Below, one piece after another: positions 39,445 through 47,911 of a stretch of DNA of 64,000 bases. Below the pieces are notes generated by a model. The model had not been told where the DNA came from, made no database searches, and worked only from the letters and a program-made list of their open reading frames with translations. The stretch's first letter is position 1, and each line of letters opens with the position of its first letter. Both the position numbers and the translations under genes were made by a program. Origin of the DNA: Dehalococcoidia bacterium. Lineage in GTDB: Bacteria; Chloroflexota; Dehalococcoidia; SM23-28-2; RBG-16-64-32. Where the stretch lies: assembly GCA_963665775.2 (NCBI GenBank), contig CAXXTF010000002.1:1088001-1152000 (forward strand), given 5' to 3'.

Positions 39445-40675
39445 GGTACTTCCGGAAGGCGATAACACCGTTCTGCCCCCCGAAGCCGAAGCCGTTGACC
39501 AGGACCACCTGCACCGGGGCCCGGCGGGCGGTCAGGGGCACGTAGTCCAGATCGCATTCCGGGTCCGGGTTCTCCAGGTTGATCGTGGGGGGGATGAGGC
39601 CCTCGTCCAGAGCCAGAATAGCGGCCAGGGCAGACACGGCGCCGGCCGCGCCAAGCTGGTGTCCAACCATGGACTTGGGGGCAGTGACGGCCAGGTTATA
39701 GGCGTGCTTCCCCAGGGCCCGCTTGATCGCGACGGTCTCGGCGACATCGTTGAGCGCGGTACTGGTACCGTGAGCGACGATACAGTCCACCTCTTCTGCT
39801 CTCAGGCCAGAGGCCTTGAGGGCGCGCTCTATGGCCAGGGCGGCGGCGTCGCCGGTGGGATCGGGGGCGGTGATGTGATAGGCATCGCAGGTGGTGGCGC
39901 CGCCGCAGAGTTCGGCGTAGATACGCACGCCGCGGGCCAGGGCGTGCTCCAGACGCTCCACGACCATGGCGGCGGCCCCCTCACCGTAGACGAAACCGTC
40001 CCGATCGAGATCGAAGGGGCGACAGGCGCGCTCGGGCTCGTCGTTGCGAGAGGACAGCGCCCGCACGTTGGCCATGGCGGAGACGGCGACAGGCACGATG
40101 TTGGCCTCCGCACCACCGACGATCGCAACGTCCACCTCACCCAGGTCGATGAGCCGCTTGGCGTCGACGAAGGCGAAGATGCCGGCGGCGCAGGCGGCGA
40201 CGGAGGTGATGGTGGGGCCACGGATGCCCAGGTTAATGGCGACCTGGCAGGAGGCCATATTCGGGGCCATGGCCGGCACGGTGAAGGGGCTGACCCGGGA
40301 AGGACCCTTCTCCAGGAGAACGGTCTGGCTATCGGCGATGGCGTCCACGCCCCCGCCGCCGGTGTTCATGATTACCGCGGTGTCGTCGCGGTTGCTATCG
40401 TCGATAACAAGGCCGGCGTGCTCCGCGGCTTGGCGGGCGGCCGCCACCGCGAACTGGGAGAAGCGAGCCGCCCGCCGCGCGGCCTTCGCCTCCATGTATC
40501 GTCTGGGGTCCCAATCCTTGACCTCGGCGGCGATCTGACAGTCCATGTCAGCCGGGTCAAAGAGGGTGATGCGCCGGACGCCGGAGACACCGGCGGTCAG
40601 GTTCGACCAAAACTCGTCCACGCTCTGACCGATGGGTGTGATACAGCCGAGGCCCGTGACTACCAACCTGGCCAT
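39419..40675 (-). CDS. fabF: 3-oxoacyl-ACP synthase II
   Basis: VVTGLG, AACAAG, AHGTST, KSMVGH and GFGFGGQN motifs. Confidence 0.95.
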   Translation of the reverse strand: MARLVVTGLGCITPIGQSVDEFWSNLTAGVSGVRRITLFDPADMDCQIAAEVKDWDPRRYMEAKAARRAARFSQFAVAAARQAAEHAGLVIDDSNRDDTAVIMNTGGGGVDAIADSQTVLLEKGPSRVSPFTVPAMAPNMASCQVAINLGIRGPTITSVAACAAGIFAFVDAKRLIDLGEVDVAIVGGAEANIVPVAVSAMANVRALSSRNDEPERACRPFDLDRDGFVYGEGAAAMVVERLEHALARGVRIYAELCGGATTCDAYHITAPDPTGDAAALAIERALKASGLRAEEVDCIVAHGTSTALNDVAETVAIKRALGKHAYNLAVTAPKSMVGHQLGAAGAVSALAAILALDEGLIPPTINLENPDPECDLDYVPLTARRAPVQVVLVNGFGFGGQNGVIAFRKYHGDTGAGG

Positions 40676-40727
40676 TAGCTAATCCCCCATTTAAACGATC
40701 CGGGCGGCGCCGGCCTGAGCGACACGA

Positions 40728-41141
40728 TCAAGCGACCACCTCAGCTTTAGCCGACAGCAGAACCTCGCCGTGCTGGTTACGGCACTCCACGGTGCAGAAA
40801 GTGCGGCCATTCTCCGTCCGTTCGACGCGGCCCGACGCTGTAACCGTGTCGCCGGGCCGGGCGGCAGTGCGAAAGCGCGCCTTGATCCGGCTGCTGGAGA
40901 GCCATCGCGATCCGAATGCCGCCGTCATCATCTCCGAGAGGTAGGCCAGGACGAGCATCCCATGGGCGATCGTGCCGCCGAACTGGGACTGGGCCGCAAA
41001 CTCCGGGTCCGTGTGCAGGGGGTTACCGTCCCCACCGGCGCGGGCATAGCGATCGATCTTCTCCTGGGTCAGCACTTTCGCTACGGAGGACAGCTCGCCC
41101 CCCACCTTCGGGCCTGCCTCCCGGTCAAACTGCTCGGTCAT
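40728..41141 (-). CDS. MaoC-family dehydratase (HadB-like catalytic subunit)
   Basis: Hydratase-2 motif YARAGGDGNPLH...IAHGML; start ATG 41141. Confidence 0.88.
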   Translation of the reverse strand: MTEQFDREAGPKVGGELSSVAKVLTQEKIDRYARAGGDGNPLHTDPEFAAQSQFGGTIAHGMLVLAYLSEMMTAAFGSRWLSSSRIKARFRTAARPGDTVTASGRVERTENGRTFCTVECRNQHGEVLLSAKAEVVA

Positions 41142-41146
41142 CGCTT

Positions 41147-41566
41147 TCAGGTCCGGCTCTCCTGGCCCTGATCCAGGGGCATGGTCACTGTAGTCCGACC
41201 CGTCATGACGAGAGCGAGAGCCTCGTCCTCGACCTTGAGATCGATCCTCATGATGACCCAACCCTGACGTTCGCCCCGGCTGGCGATCCGGCCAGCCGCC
41301 GAGAGCCGCTCGCCCATGCCCACCGGCCGGAAGAAGGCCACCTCTTGCCCCAAGTGGATAGCACCGGTGGGAAGCCTGGCGCTATCCAGGAGAGCGCGGA
41401 TGGAAAGGGCAGCCACGGCCATAGGGGGAACCATGTCCCGGCCCAGGCCAGCGATGGCTCCGTCCTCCACGGCTTCCGCATACTCGCGCACCCACTGTGA
41501 TGACAGGTGGAAGGCCACGGACGGGAACTCATGGCCTTTGGACAGCGCCTCCAGGTTCAGCGGCAT
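41147..41566 (-). CDS. Hot-dog-fold partner protein (HadA/C-like)
   Basis: VREYAEAVED, VPP and IHLGQEVAFFRPV; lacks the catalytic D-x4-H; adjacent to the MaoC gene. Confidence 0.78.
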   Translation of the reverse strand: MPLNLEALSKGHEFPSVAFHLSSQWVREYAEAVEDGAIAGLGRDMVPPMAVAALSIRALLDSARLPTGAIHLGQEVAFFRPVGMGERLSAAGRIASRGERQGWVIMRIDLKVEDEALALVMTGRTTVTMPLDQGQESRT

Positions 41567-41767
41567 TCGCCTTAACCGGCCCACCCAGCGAAGGGGCTCG
41601 CATCGATGATCGATATATGCCTCACGGGGTCGAGTAACCTCCGGTCTCTTGCTCCGCAGCGATGGCGGCTCGACCTCAGTATAAAGGATGAGGCGAGCCT
41701 TGCGGCAAGGGCCAAGCCGTACCGAAAGCGGCAGAGGCGTGCTAACATCAGATAAGAAAGCAGGTAC

Positions 41768-42079
41768 ATGCCAAAGGTAACCATCCAGCCCCTGAATCTG
41801 ACCATAGACGTGGAGGAGGGGGCCACGCTAATGGAGGCGGCCTGGCGTCACGGCCTGTACTGGCCCACCACCTGCGGCGGCCAGGGCATCTGCACCTCTT
41901 GCACCTGTAGCGTGGAAGATGGGGCCGAGAACCTGGAAGCCATGGGCCGCTCCGAGCGCAAGAGCCTGACCGCGGAGTTCAGCGAGGAAGCGCTCAGCCA
42001 GCGACGGCTACGTCTCGCCTGCCAGGCACGGGTACGTGGGGACGTGGCGGTCAGCAAGCGTGGAGTACGTCCGGCGTGA
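41768..42079 (+). CDS. 2Fe-2S ferredoxin
   Basis: CGGQGICTSC...RLACQ. Confidence 0.9.
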   Translation: MPKVTIQPLNLTIDVEEGATLMEAAWRHGLYWPTTCGGQGICTSCTCSVEDGAENLEAMGRSERKSLTAEFSEEALSQRRLRLACQARVRGDVAVSKRGVRPA

Positions 42080-42249
42080 CCCTCAGCGCCCACGCTAGGC
42101 TGACGCTGGGCAGCACAACAGGGGAACCGCCGTCGTCCCTGGGCCAGCTGACCGTTCACTGCCACTTGACGCTGGCGATATAAATCCTTAAGCTCTTGTA
42201 TGTCTCCTATAGACACAGTCGATAATGCCGTACTCTGGAGGCTTCCTTT

Positions 42250-43152
42250 TTGGACTTCGGGCAGGTTCAGGCCTTCGTGCAGGTGGCCGCCCACAACTCT
42301 TTCAGCAGAGCGGCGGAGGTCCTTCAGCTGACACAGCCATCCATCACGGCCCGCATTCAGACCATGGAACGCGAGCTCGGTGAGGAGCTGTTCGAACGGG
42401 GTGGCCGCGGGGTGCGGTTGACCGACGCGGGACGGACATATCACCCTTATGCGGAGCGGATCCTCCGGACGCTACAGGAGGGCCGCGATGCCCTGGAGGA
42501 GGTGGGAACCCTCCGGCTAGGTTCCCTTCGCCTCGGCTCGGCGCTGACCATCTCTACATACGTCCTGCCCAGGATTCTCCACACCTTCCGTCAGCGCTAT
42601 CCAGGTGTCGATGTTGTCATCCGGACCGGCCGCTCCGAGCAGGTGCTGAGCATGCTCCAGGCTGACGAGATCCAGATAGGACTGGTTCGCGCCCTCTCTC
42701 ACCCAGACCTAGAGACAGTCCACCTTTACAACGATGAGATCGCCCTAATCGCCTACCCCGAACACCCGTTCGCCGGCGGCCCCAGAATCAGCGTGGAAGA
42801 TCTGGCAAGCCAGCCCTTAATCCTCTTCGACCGAGGCTCTTCCTATTACGGACTTATTCACAACCTCTTCCGCCAGGCAGGCGTCATTCCCAATGTGGCC
42901 ATGGAGTTGGACTCCCTGGAAGCGACGAAGCGCATGGTGGAGGAGGAGCTGGGCATCGCGCTAGTGCCTCTCGTCACCGTCGAGCGGGAGCTGGCAGCGG
43001 GAACCCTGGTAAGGGTGGATATGAGCGATGCGGAGCCGCTTGAGCACCCCATCGCCCTCATCTCCCGTCGCAACCGCAAACGGCCGCGAACCGTTCAGGC
43101 GTTCGTGGACACCTTAGCCGAGATGTACGCCCCGAGCTTGCCCGTAGGGTAG
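42250..43152 (+). CDS. LysR-family transcriptional regulator
   Basis: SFSRAAEVLQLTQPSIT...LFER HTH plus substrate-binding domain. Confidence 0.94.
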   Translation: MDFGQVQAFVQVAAHNSFSRAAEVLQLTQPSITARIQTMERELGEELFERGGRGVRLTDAGRTYHPYAERILRTLQEGRDALEEVGTLRLGSLRLGSALTISTYVLPRILHTFRQRYPGVDVVIRTGRSEQVLSMLQADEIQIGLVRALSHPDLETVHLYNDEIALIAYPEHPFAGGPRISVEDLASQPLILFDRGSSYYGLIHNLFRQAGVIPNVAMELDSLEATKRMVEEELGIALVPLVTVERELAAGTLVRVDMSDAEPLEHPIALISRRNRKRPRTVQAFVDTLAEMYAPSLPVG

Positions 43153-43202
43153 GTGGTCCCCAGCGTTCCACCCTCTACTTCTGTCTATCACCGCTTGCGG
43201 AT

Positions 43203-43931
43203 TCAGCGTTTTTGCTTCTCCGCCTGAACTCGATCGCGCAGCCGTTTGAGGGCGCGGAAGACGGCGACGCGCACATGACTCGCGGTCATACCCATGACCT
43301 GAGCGATCTCTCCATGCGTTAGCCCCGCTTCGAACTTGAGGGACAGGATCTCCTGGTCACGGTTGATCAGCGTGCGAAAGTGGCGCATGAGCTCGGCAAT
43401 CTCTTCGTCTTGAACTGCCTGTTCCGCGGGATCCGGGGGCCGATCCGCTAGCCAGACGGACTCTTTGGCCCGATCCATTGTGTTGAGCTCTCGCTTGCGC
43501 CTACGGAAGGAGCCCACAACCACGTTCCTGGCGATTGCGAACAGCCAGGCGCCATAGGCCCCCGCTTCCCTCAGGCTATGACCCTTGGCGTAAGCCCGCT
43601 CGAAGATCTCGGCAGTGAGGTCTTTGGTCAACTCCACGTTGTTGACACGGCTGTACACGAAGGCGAACACCCTAGTGTAATAGCTCTCGTATAGCTCCGT
43701 GAAGACCGAGTCATAGTCCTTCTTGCCCGTCATCTGGGCCTGCCTGACTTGCGAAGCCCTCCCCCGTTTCGATGGCCATCTCCCCTCAGCCATTTCTCGT
43801 GCTTCCATGCCCAGGAGGAGGATCTTCGCCAGCCGGACCGCGACGTTCAGGACGGCCTGGGGAAGATCCTCCTCCTGGGCATGGAAGAGTCGCACCGCCA
43901 GCTGCCGCAGGTGCCCTGTATCTACCGACAC
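43203..43931 (-). CDS. ECF sigma-70 factor with N-terminal extension
   Basis: Region 2 (DLTAEIF, AWLFAIARN) and region 4 (EIAQVMGMT...VAVFRALKRLR). Confidence 0.88.
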   Translation of the reverse strand: MSVDTGHLRQLAVRLFHAQEEDLPQAVLNVAVRLAKILLLGMEAREMAEGRWPSKRGRASQVRQAQMTGKKDYDSVFTELYESYYTRVFAFVYSRVNNVELTKDLTAEIFERAYAKGHSLREAGAYGAWLFAIARNVVVGSFRRRKRELNTMDRAKESVWLADRPPDPAEQAVQDEEIAELMRHFRTLINRDQEILSLKFEAGLTHGEIAQVMGMTASHVRVAVFRALKRLRDRVQAEKQKR

Positions 43932-44095
43932 CCCGTTCTCTCACATCAGGTCACAATGGCATGCAAGCACGAACCTTGACTATAGCGGAAAGACGGAGGC
44001 AGCAAACGTGATATCTGTGAAGGATGCCGTGAAGCTTATCGCTTCACGGGGCCTATGGCAGGAGGAACAGGGCTGGGCAGCGCTTCGGCAGGCTG

Positions 44096-44950
44096 CTAGG
44101 GGCGCCGGCCGGTGGCCCAGATCTCTTTCAGTATCTCCAGGTTCTCGCGGTCGGGACCCTGCTTGGCGAATCCTGGCACCTCTAGGAGGAAGGGCACGTC
44201 CGCGAAGGCCGCGTGGGCCATGATCTTCTCGAAGCCGCCGCGGCCGATGTGACCCTGGCCAATGTTCTCGTGCCGGTCGACGCCACCGCCCAGCGGACAC
44301 TTGGAGTCATTGGCGTGAACGGCTACCAGCCTCTCCAGGCCGATCTCCCTATCGAACTCCGCCATGGCGGCTTCCAGCCCGGCCTGGGACTTCAGATCGT
44401 AGCCGGAGGCGAAGGCGTGCTGGGTATCCAGGCAAACCTTGACCCGCGGGCTACCGGCCTCCCGTATAATGGCGGCCAGCTCGCCGAACTTCGAGCCGAT
44501 GGCGTCGCCCATGCCGGCGCTGTTCTCCAGGATGAGCCAGACCTCCTCTGGCGTGGCCGCGATGATCCCGCGGACGGACTCCACAACCTGACCAAACACC
44601 TCATCGTAGCCCCTACCACGGTGGCTACCGATGTGGAAGATAACGCCCGTAGCGCCCAGCAGGTGACAGACCTTCATGTCGTGGACGAGGGCCTCGCGGG
44701 ACTTGGCCAGGTTCTCCGGGTTGCCAGTGGCCAGGTTCACCAGATACACGCCGTGGAGGAAGGTGGGGGAGATGCCGGTCTCCTCCACCCTGGCCGCATA
44801 GGCCTGCACCTCGTCCGGCTTGTACTCCTTACGACGCCAGGCCTGAGGGGCACCGCTGAAGATCTGAACCGCTTCCGCGCCTATCTCCTGCGCGCGACCG
44901 ATGGCCTTATCGACCCCGCCAGAGGCGGAGACGTGAGCCCCTATCTTCAT
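44096..44950 (-). CDS. nfo: Endonuclease IV
   Basis: IGAHVS, HGVYLVNLA, LENSAG, CLDTQH, HANDSK and DRHENIG motifs. Confidence 0.96.
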   Translation of the reverse strand: MKIGAHVSASGGVDKAIGRAQEIGAEAVQIFSGAPQAWRRKEYKPDEVQAYAARVEETGISPTFLHGVYLVNLATGNPENLAKSREALVHDMKVCHLLGATGVIFHIGSHRGRGYDEVFGQVVESVRGIIAATPEEVWLILENSAGMGDAIGSKFGELAAIIREAGSPRVKVCLDTQHAFASGYDLKSQAGLEAAMAEFDREIGLERLVAVHANDSKCPLGGGVDRHENIGQGHIGRGGFEKIMAHAAFADVPFLLEVPGFAKQGPDRENLEILKEIWATGRRP

Positions 44951-45270
44951 CGTCGTCTCCTGGCCAGGGATGGGGTTCGGGCCAGAAGGCCGCGAGCCCA
45001 GGGGAGAAATACTTTATCCTGCACAGCTTCAACCGCCTCCTCGTCTGTCAGGCCGAAGCCGGCCCGCACCGTCGCTATCCCCATCCCCAGGTCGACTTCC
45101 GCCGACGCCGCACCGGGCAGCCCGTCCAGGGCCGCTCTCACGCGACGCGCTCATAAGCCACATATCATCCCCCGCACCTGAAGGCGAAGGGTCTGCCCTT
45201 TCTCATCGGACTCCAGGGATATCACCTGGGCTTCCGGGAAGACGAACAGATTACGGAGCCTGATGGACAT
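44947..45270 (-). CDS. Heavy-metal-associated (HMA/CopZ-like) protein, putative selenoprotein (UGA at 45151-45153)
   Basis: From ATG 45270 (GGAGGTG SD, TATAAT upstream) it reads ...LRLQVRGMICGL*ARRVRAALDGLPGAASAEVDLG..., in frame with the 44947..45141 ORF; SECIS-like hairpin downstream. Confidence 0.75.
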
Positions 45271-45454
45271 CAGCACCTCCAGTGGACCAATTATACCAAG
45301 TCTGATGCCCTAGGTCTCACAAAGGGCCCGCCTCTGACCGCCTGCTTGAGATCAATCGTGGCAGGGGCAGGATGGCAGCTACCTGAACGCTGGACTGGCT
45401 ACGTCTGGCAGCGGTAAAATGTTGATAGGATGTCGTCCCACACACGAGGTTGCT

Positions 45455-45871
45455 ATGTCCAATAGGCTCCAAAAGGAGGTTGAGGAGCTGCTGACCAAGC
45501 TGGACACCTTCCCACCCAAACGTCCCATCTGGGTCCGGGTTCGGGATACGTTCACCAGCCCCTTCAGGAGCACCGGTCGCTGGCTGCGCGATATGCGTCT
45601 GCCCCGCGTCTCTCCCGGTCATATCCTCCTGACCGCGATCGTGGTCATCATCGTCGCCTGGGTCGCCAAGCCGGGTGGCGACTCTATCGCCCGCTACCTC
45701 ATCGTAGCGGGGATCGTCCTCTTCATCGGCGCCTTCGTCCTCTCCCTGCGACACCAATCCCAGACCCACACGCCGCAGAAGCGGTGGCGCGGCCAGCCCA
45801 TGGATCTGAGCAGCCCCACAGCAGGTACCCGCCTGCGTTCCTGGTGGAGCCGCCGGCGTAGCCGCCGCTAG
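45455..45871 (+). CDS. Hypothetical two-TM membrane protein
   Basis: GAGGT SD, two hydrophobic helices and KRWRGQPMDL tail. Confidence 0.75.
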   Translation: MSNRLQKEVEELLTKLDTFPPKRPIWVRVRDTFTSPFRSTGRWLRDMRLPRVSPGHILLTAIVVIIVAWVAKPGGDSIARYLIVAGIVLFIGAFVLSLRHQSQTHTPQKRWRGQPMDLSSPTAGTRLRSWWSRRRSRR

Positions 45872-45878
45872 CAAAGCC

Positions 45879-47201
45879 GTGGCTGCTCCTAGACCCTGGC
45901 TCCCGCTCCTGGCCACAGCGGTGACGCTCCTGGTGCTAGCCTGCAACGGCAACGGCACATCTCCCTCGGCAACCCCCTCACCATCAGCGACGCCCTCCCC
46001 CACCCTCACCCCTAGCCAGTCACCCGGCCGTGGCAACACCAGCGAAGGCCAGCAGTTTGACGGCGAGGCTGCGTTGGCCCACATACGAGCCCTGGCCGTG
46101 GAGATCGGCTCCCGTCGCAGCGGCAGCGAGGCGGAGGCCGCCGCAGCCAAGTACATCCACGAGCAGCTAGACGGATACGGCTACGACACGACCTTACAGG
46201 AGTTTAGCTTCGACGCCTTCTTCGACATCGGGACGACCCTACAGGTGACCTCGCCGGACCAGCAAGCGATCGACGCTGTCCCCCTCGAGCCGAGCATCAG
46301 CGGCCTCGCCGAGGAGCATCTCGTGGCCGCCGGGCTGGGCCGTCCGCAAGAGTTCCCTACGGAGACGGCCGGCAAGATCGCCCTCATAGAGCGGGGCGAC
46401 ATCTTCTTCAGCGATAAGGGGATCAACGCCGCCGCGGCGGGGGCCGTAGCCGCTATCATCTTTAACGACGAGCCGGGCCCCTTTGCGGGAACCTTACGGG
46501 ACGACGTTACCATTCCAATCGTGGGCATCTCTCGGGAGGACGGCCGGAGGCTCCTCACCCTACTCGGCTCGGGTCCCGTTTTCGTGCGCCTGGACGTGCT
46601 GACCGATTCCGGCTCCCAGCCTTAGCAAAACGTTGTAGCGAAGCCGCCAGGAGGCCAGTGCCAGGTCATCGTGGGTGGGCACTACGATTCGGTGCCGGCC
46701 GGGCCGGGTGCCAACGATAATGCCTCGGGAACGGCGACGGCGCTGGAGATCGCCAGCGTGCTGGCCGCCGACGGCGAGCTCGATGACGTCTGCTTCGTCC
46801 TCTTCGGGGCCGAGGAGGTCGGCCTCATAGGAAGCGGCGCGTTCGTCAGGTCACTCTCCCCGGACGAACGGAGTGACGTACAGGGCATGCTCAACTTCGA
46901 CATGGTGGGGGCGGGAACCGACTGGCTTCTGTCAGGCTCCGATGAGCTACGCGATCTGGCCGCGGCGGAAGCGGATCGTCTGGGCCTGGTGTACCAGACT
47001 TCCGGCGGTTTGCCGGCCGGGGCAGGCAGCGACCACGCCCCCTTCATCCAGGCGGGCATTCCGGCCATCATCTTCCACCGGCTGGGCGATCCCCACTACC
47101 ACACGAACGAAGATACGGCGGGGTTCATTCAGGTGAACTTTCTCGAGGAGATCGGCACCCTGGGCCTCGCCGTCCTTGACGCGCTGCTGATGGGACGGTA
47201 G
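45879..47201 (+). pseudogene. M28 aminopeptidase lipoprotein with PA domain, interrupted by an in-frame TAG (46623-46625)
   Basis: LACN lipobox, PA domain (GKIALIERG), then P*QNVVA continuing in frame to GGHYDSV, GANDNASG, GAEEVG, NFDM and SDH. Confidence 0.8.
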
Positions 47202-47248
47202 AGGTTGCCCCCGTCACGCTATTGGGTTACGATGCGGCCGAGACTGCC

Positions 47249-47650
47249 ATGATCCCCCGCATACGGTTGACCACCGCTGGTCTCGCTCTACTGCTGGCGC
47301 TGGCCACGCTAGCCGCCTGTGGTGACGACGGTGAGCCGACCACGCTCCGCCCGGACGGCCAGTTGACGGATCCGGGCAGCGTCGCCACAGCCACCCCGTG
47401 GACCGTGCCGCCGGATGTGATCATCCTGGAGCCGGGGGCTCAGTCAACACCGGAGCCGAGCAACGGCGGCAACGGAGGTAACGGCGGTGTCACACCGGGA
47501 GTGTGCGGCGACACCTACGTCGTAGAGCCGAATGACAACCCGAGCCTCATCGCGGAGAAGTGCGGCGTGGACATAGACGAACTGATGCGGATCAACAGCA
47601 TCGATGACCCCACGACGCTACAGATTGGCCAAGAGCTCATCCTGCCTTAG
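47249..47650 (+). CDS. LysM-domain lipoprotein
   Basis: LAAC lipobox; YVVEPND...IAEKCGVDIDELMRINSIDDPTTLQIGQELILP. Confidence 0.88.
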   Translation: MIPRIRLTTAGLALLLALATLAACGDDGEPTTLRPDGQLTDPGSVATATPWTVPPDVIILEPGAQSTPEPSNGGNGGNGGVTPGVCGDTYVVEPNDNPSLIAEKCGVDIDELMRINSIDDPTTLQIGQELILP

Positions 47651-47765
47651 AGGGAAGACCGGTGGGGAATTGCGAAAGTTTTCACTAAAGGGCCTCGACT
47701 GCCTTGCGTAATCAACGAAGGGATGCTACCATCGGGCCGGCAATAGACAGTCGCTATCACATATC

Positions 47766-47911
47766 GCACGAGCTATAGACCTCTCATGGCCATCGACGAG
47801 AAGCGCACGGAGAATCGACTCTCAGAGCTAGAGCGTCTGCACGAGCTATAGACCTCTCATGGCCATCGACGAGAAGCGCACGGAGAATCGACTCTCAGAG
47901 CTAGAGCGTCT
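47766..47911 (+). repeat. Exact 73-bp tandem duplication spanning the carboxyltransferase start
   Basis: gcacgagctatagacc...gagcgtct at both 47766-47838 and 47839-47911. Confidence 0.92.

Noticed and set aside
42095-42170. ZTP (pfl) riboswitch suggested by CTGGGC motifs upstream of lysR
   Set aside because: The 5' conserved GACUGGC element and pseudoknot are not seen.
46623-46625. Pyrrolysine at the M28 TAG
   Set aside because: It is a non-catalytic position one base from a Ser codon, and no pyl genes are in the window.
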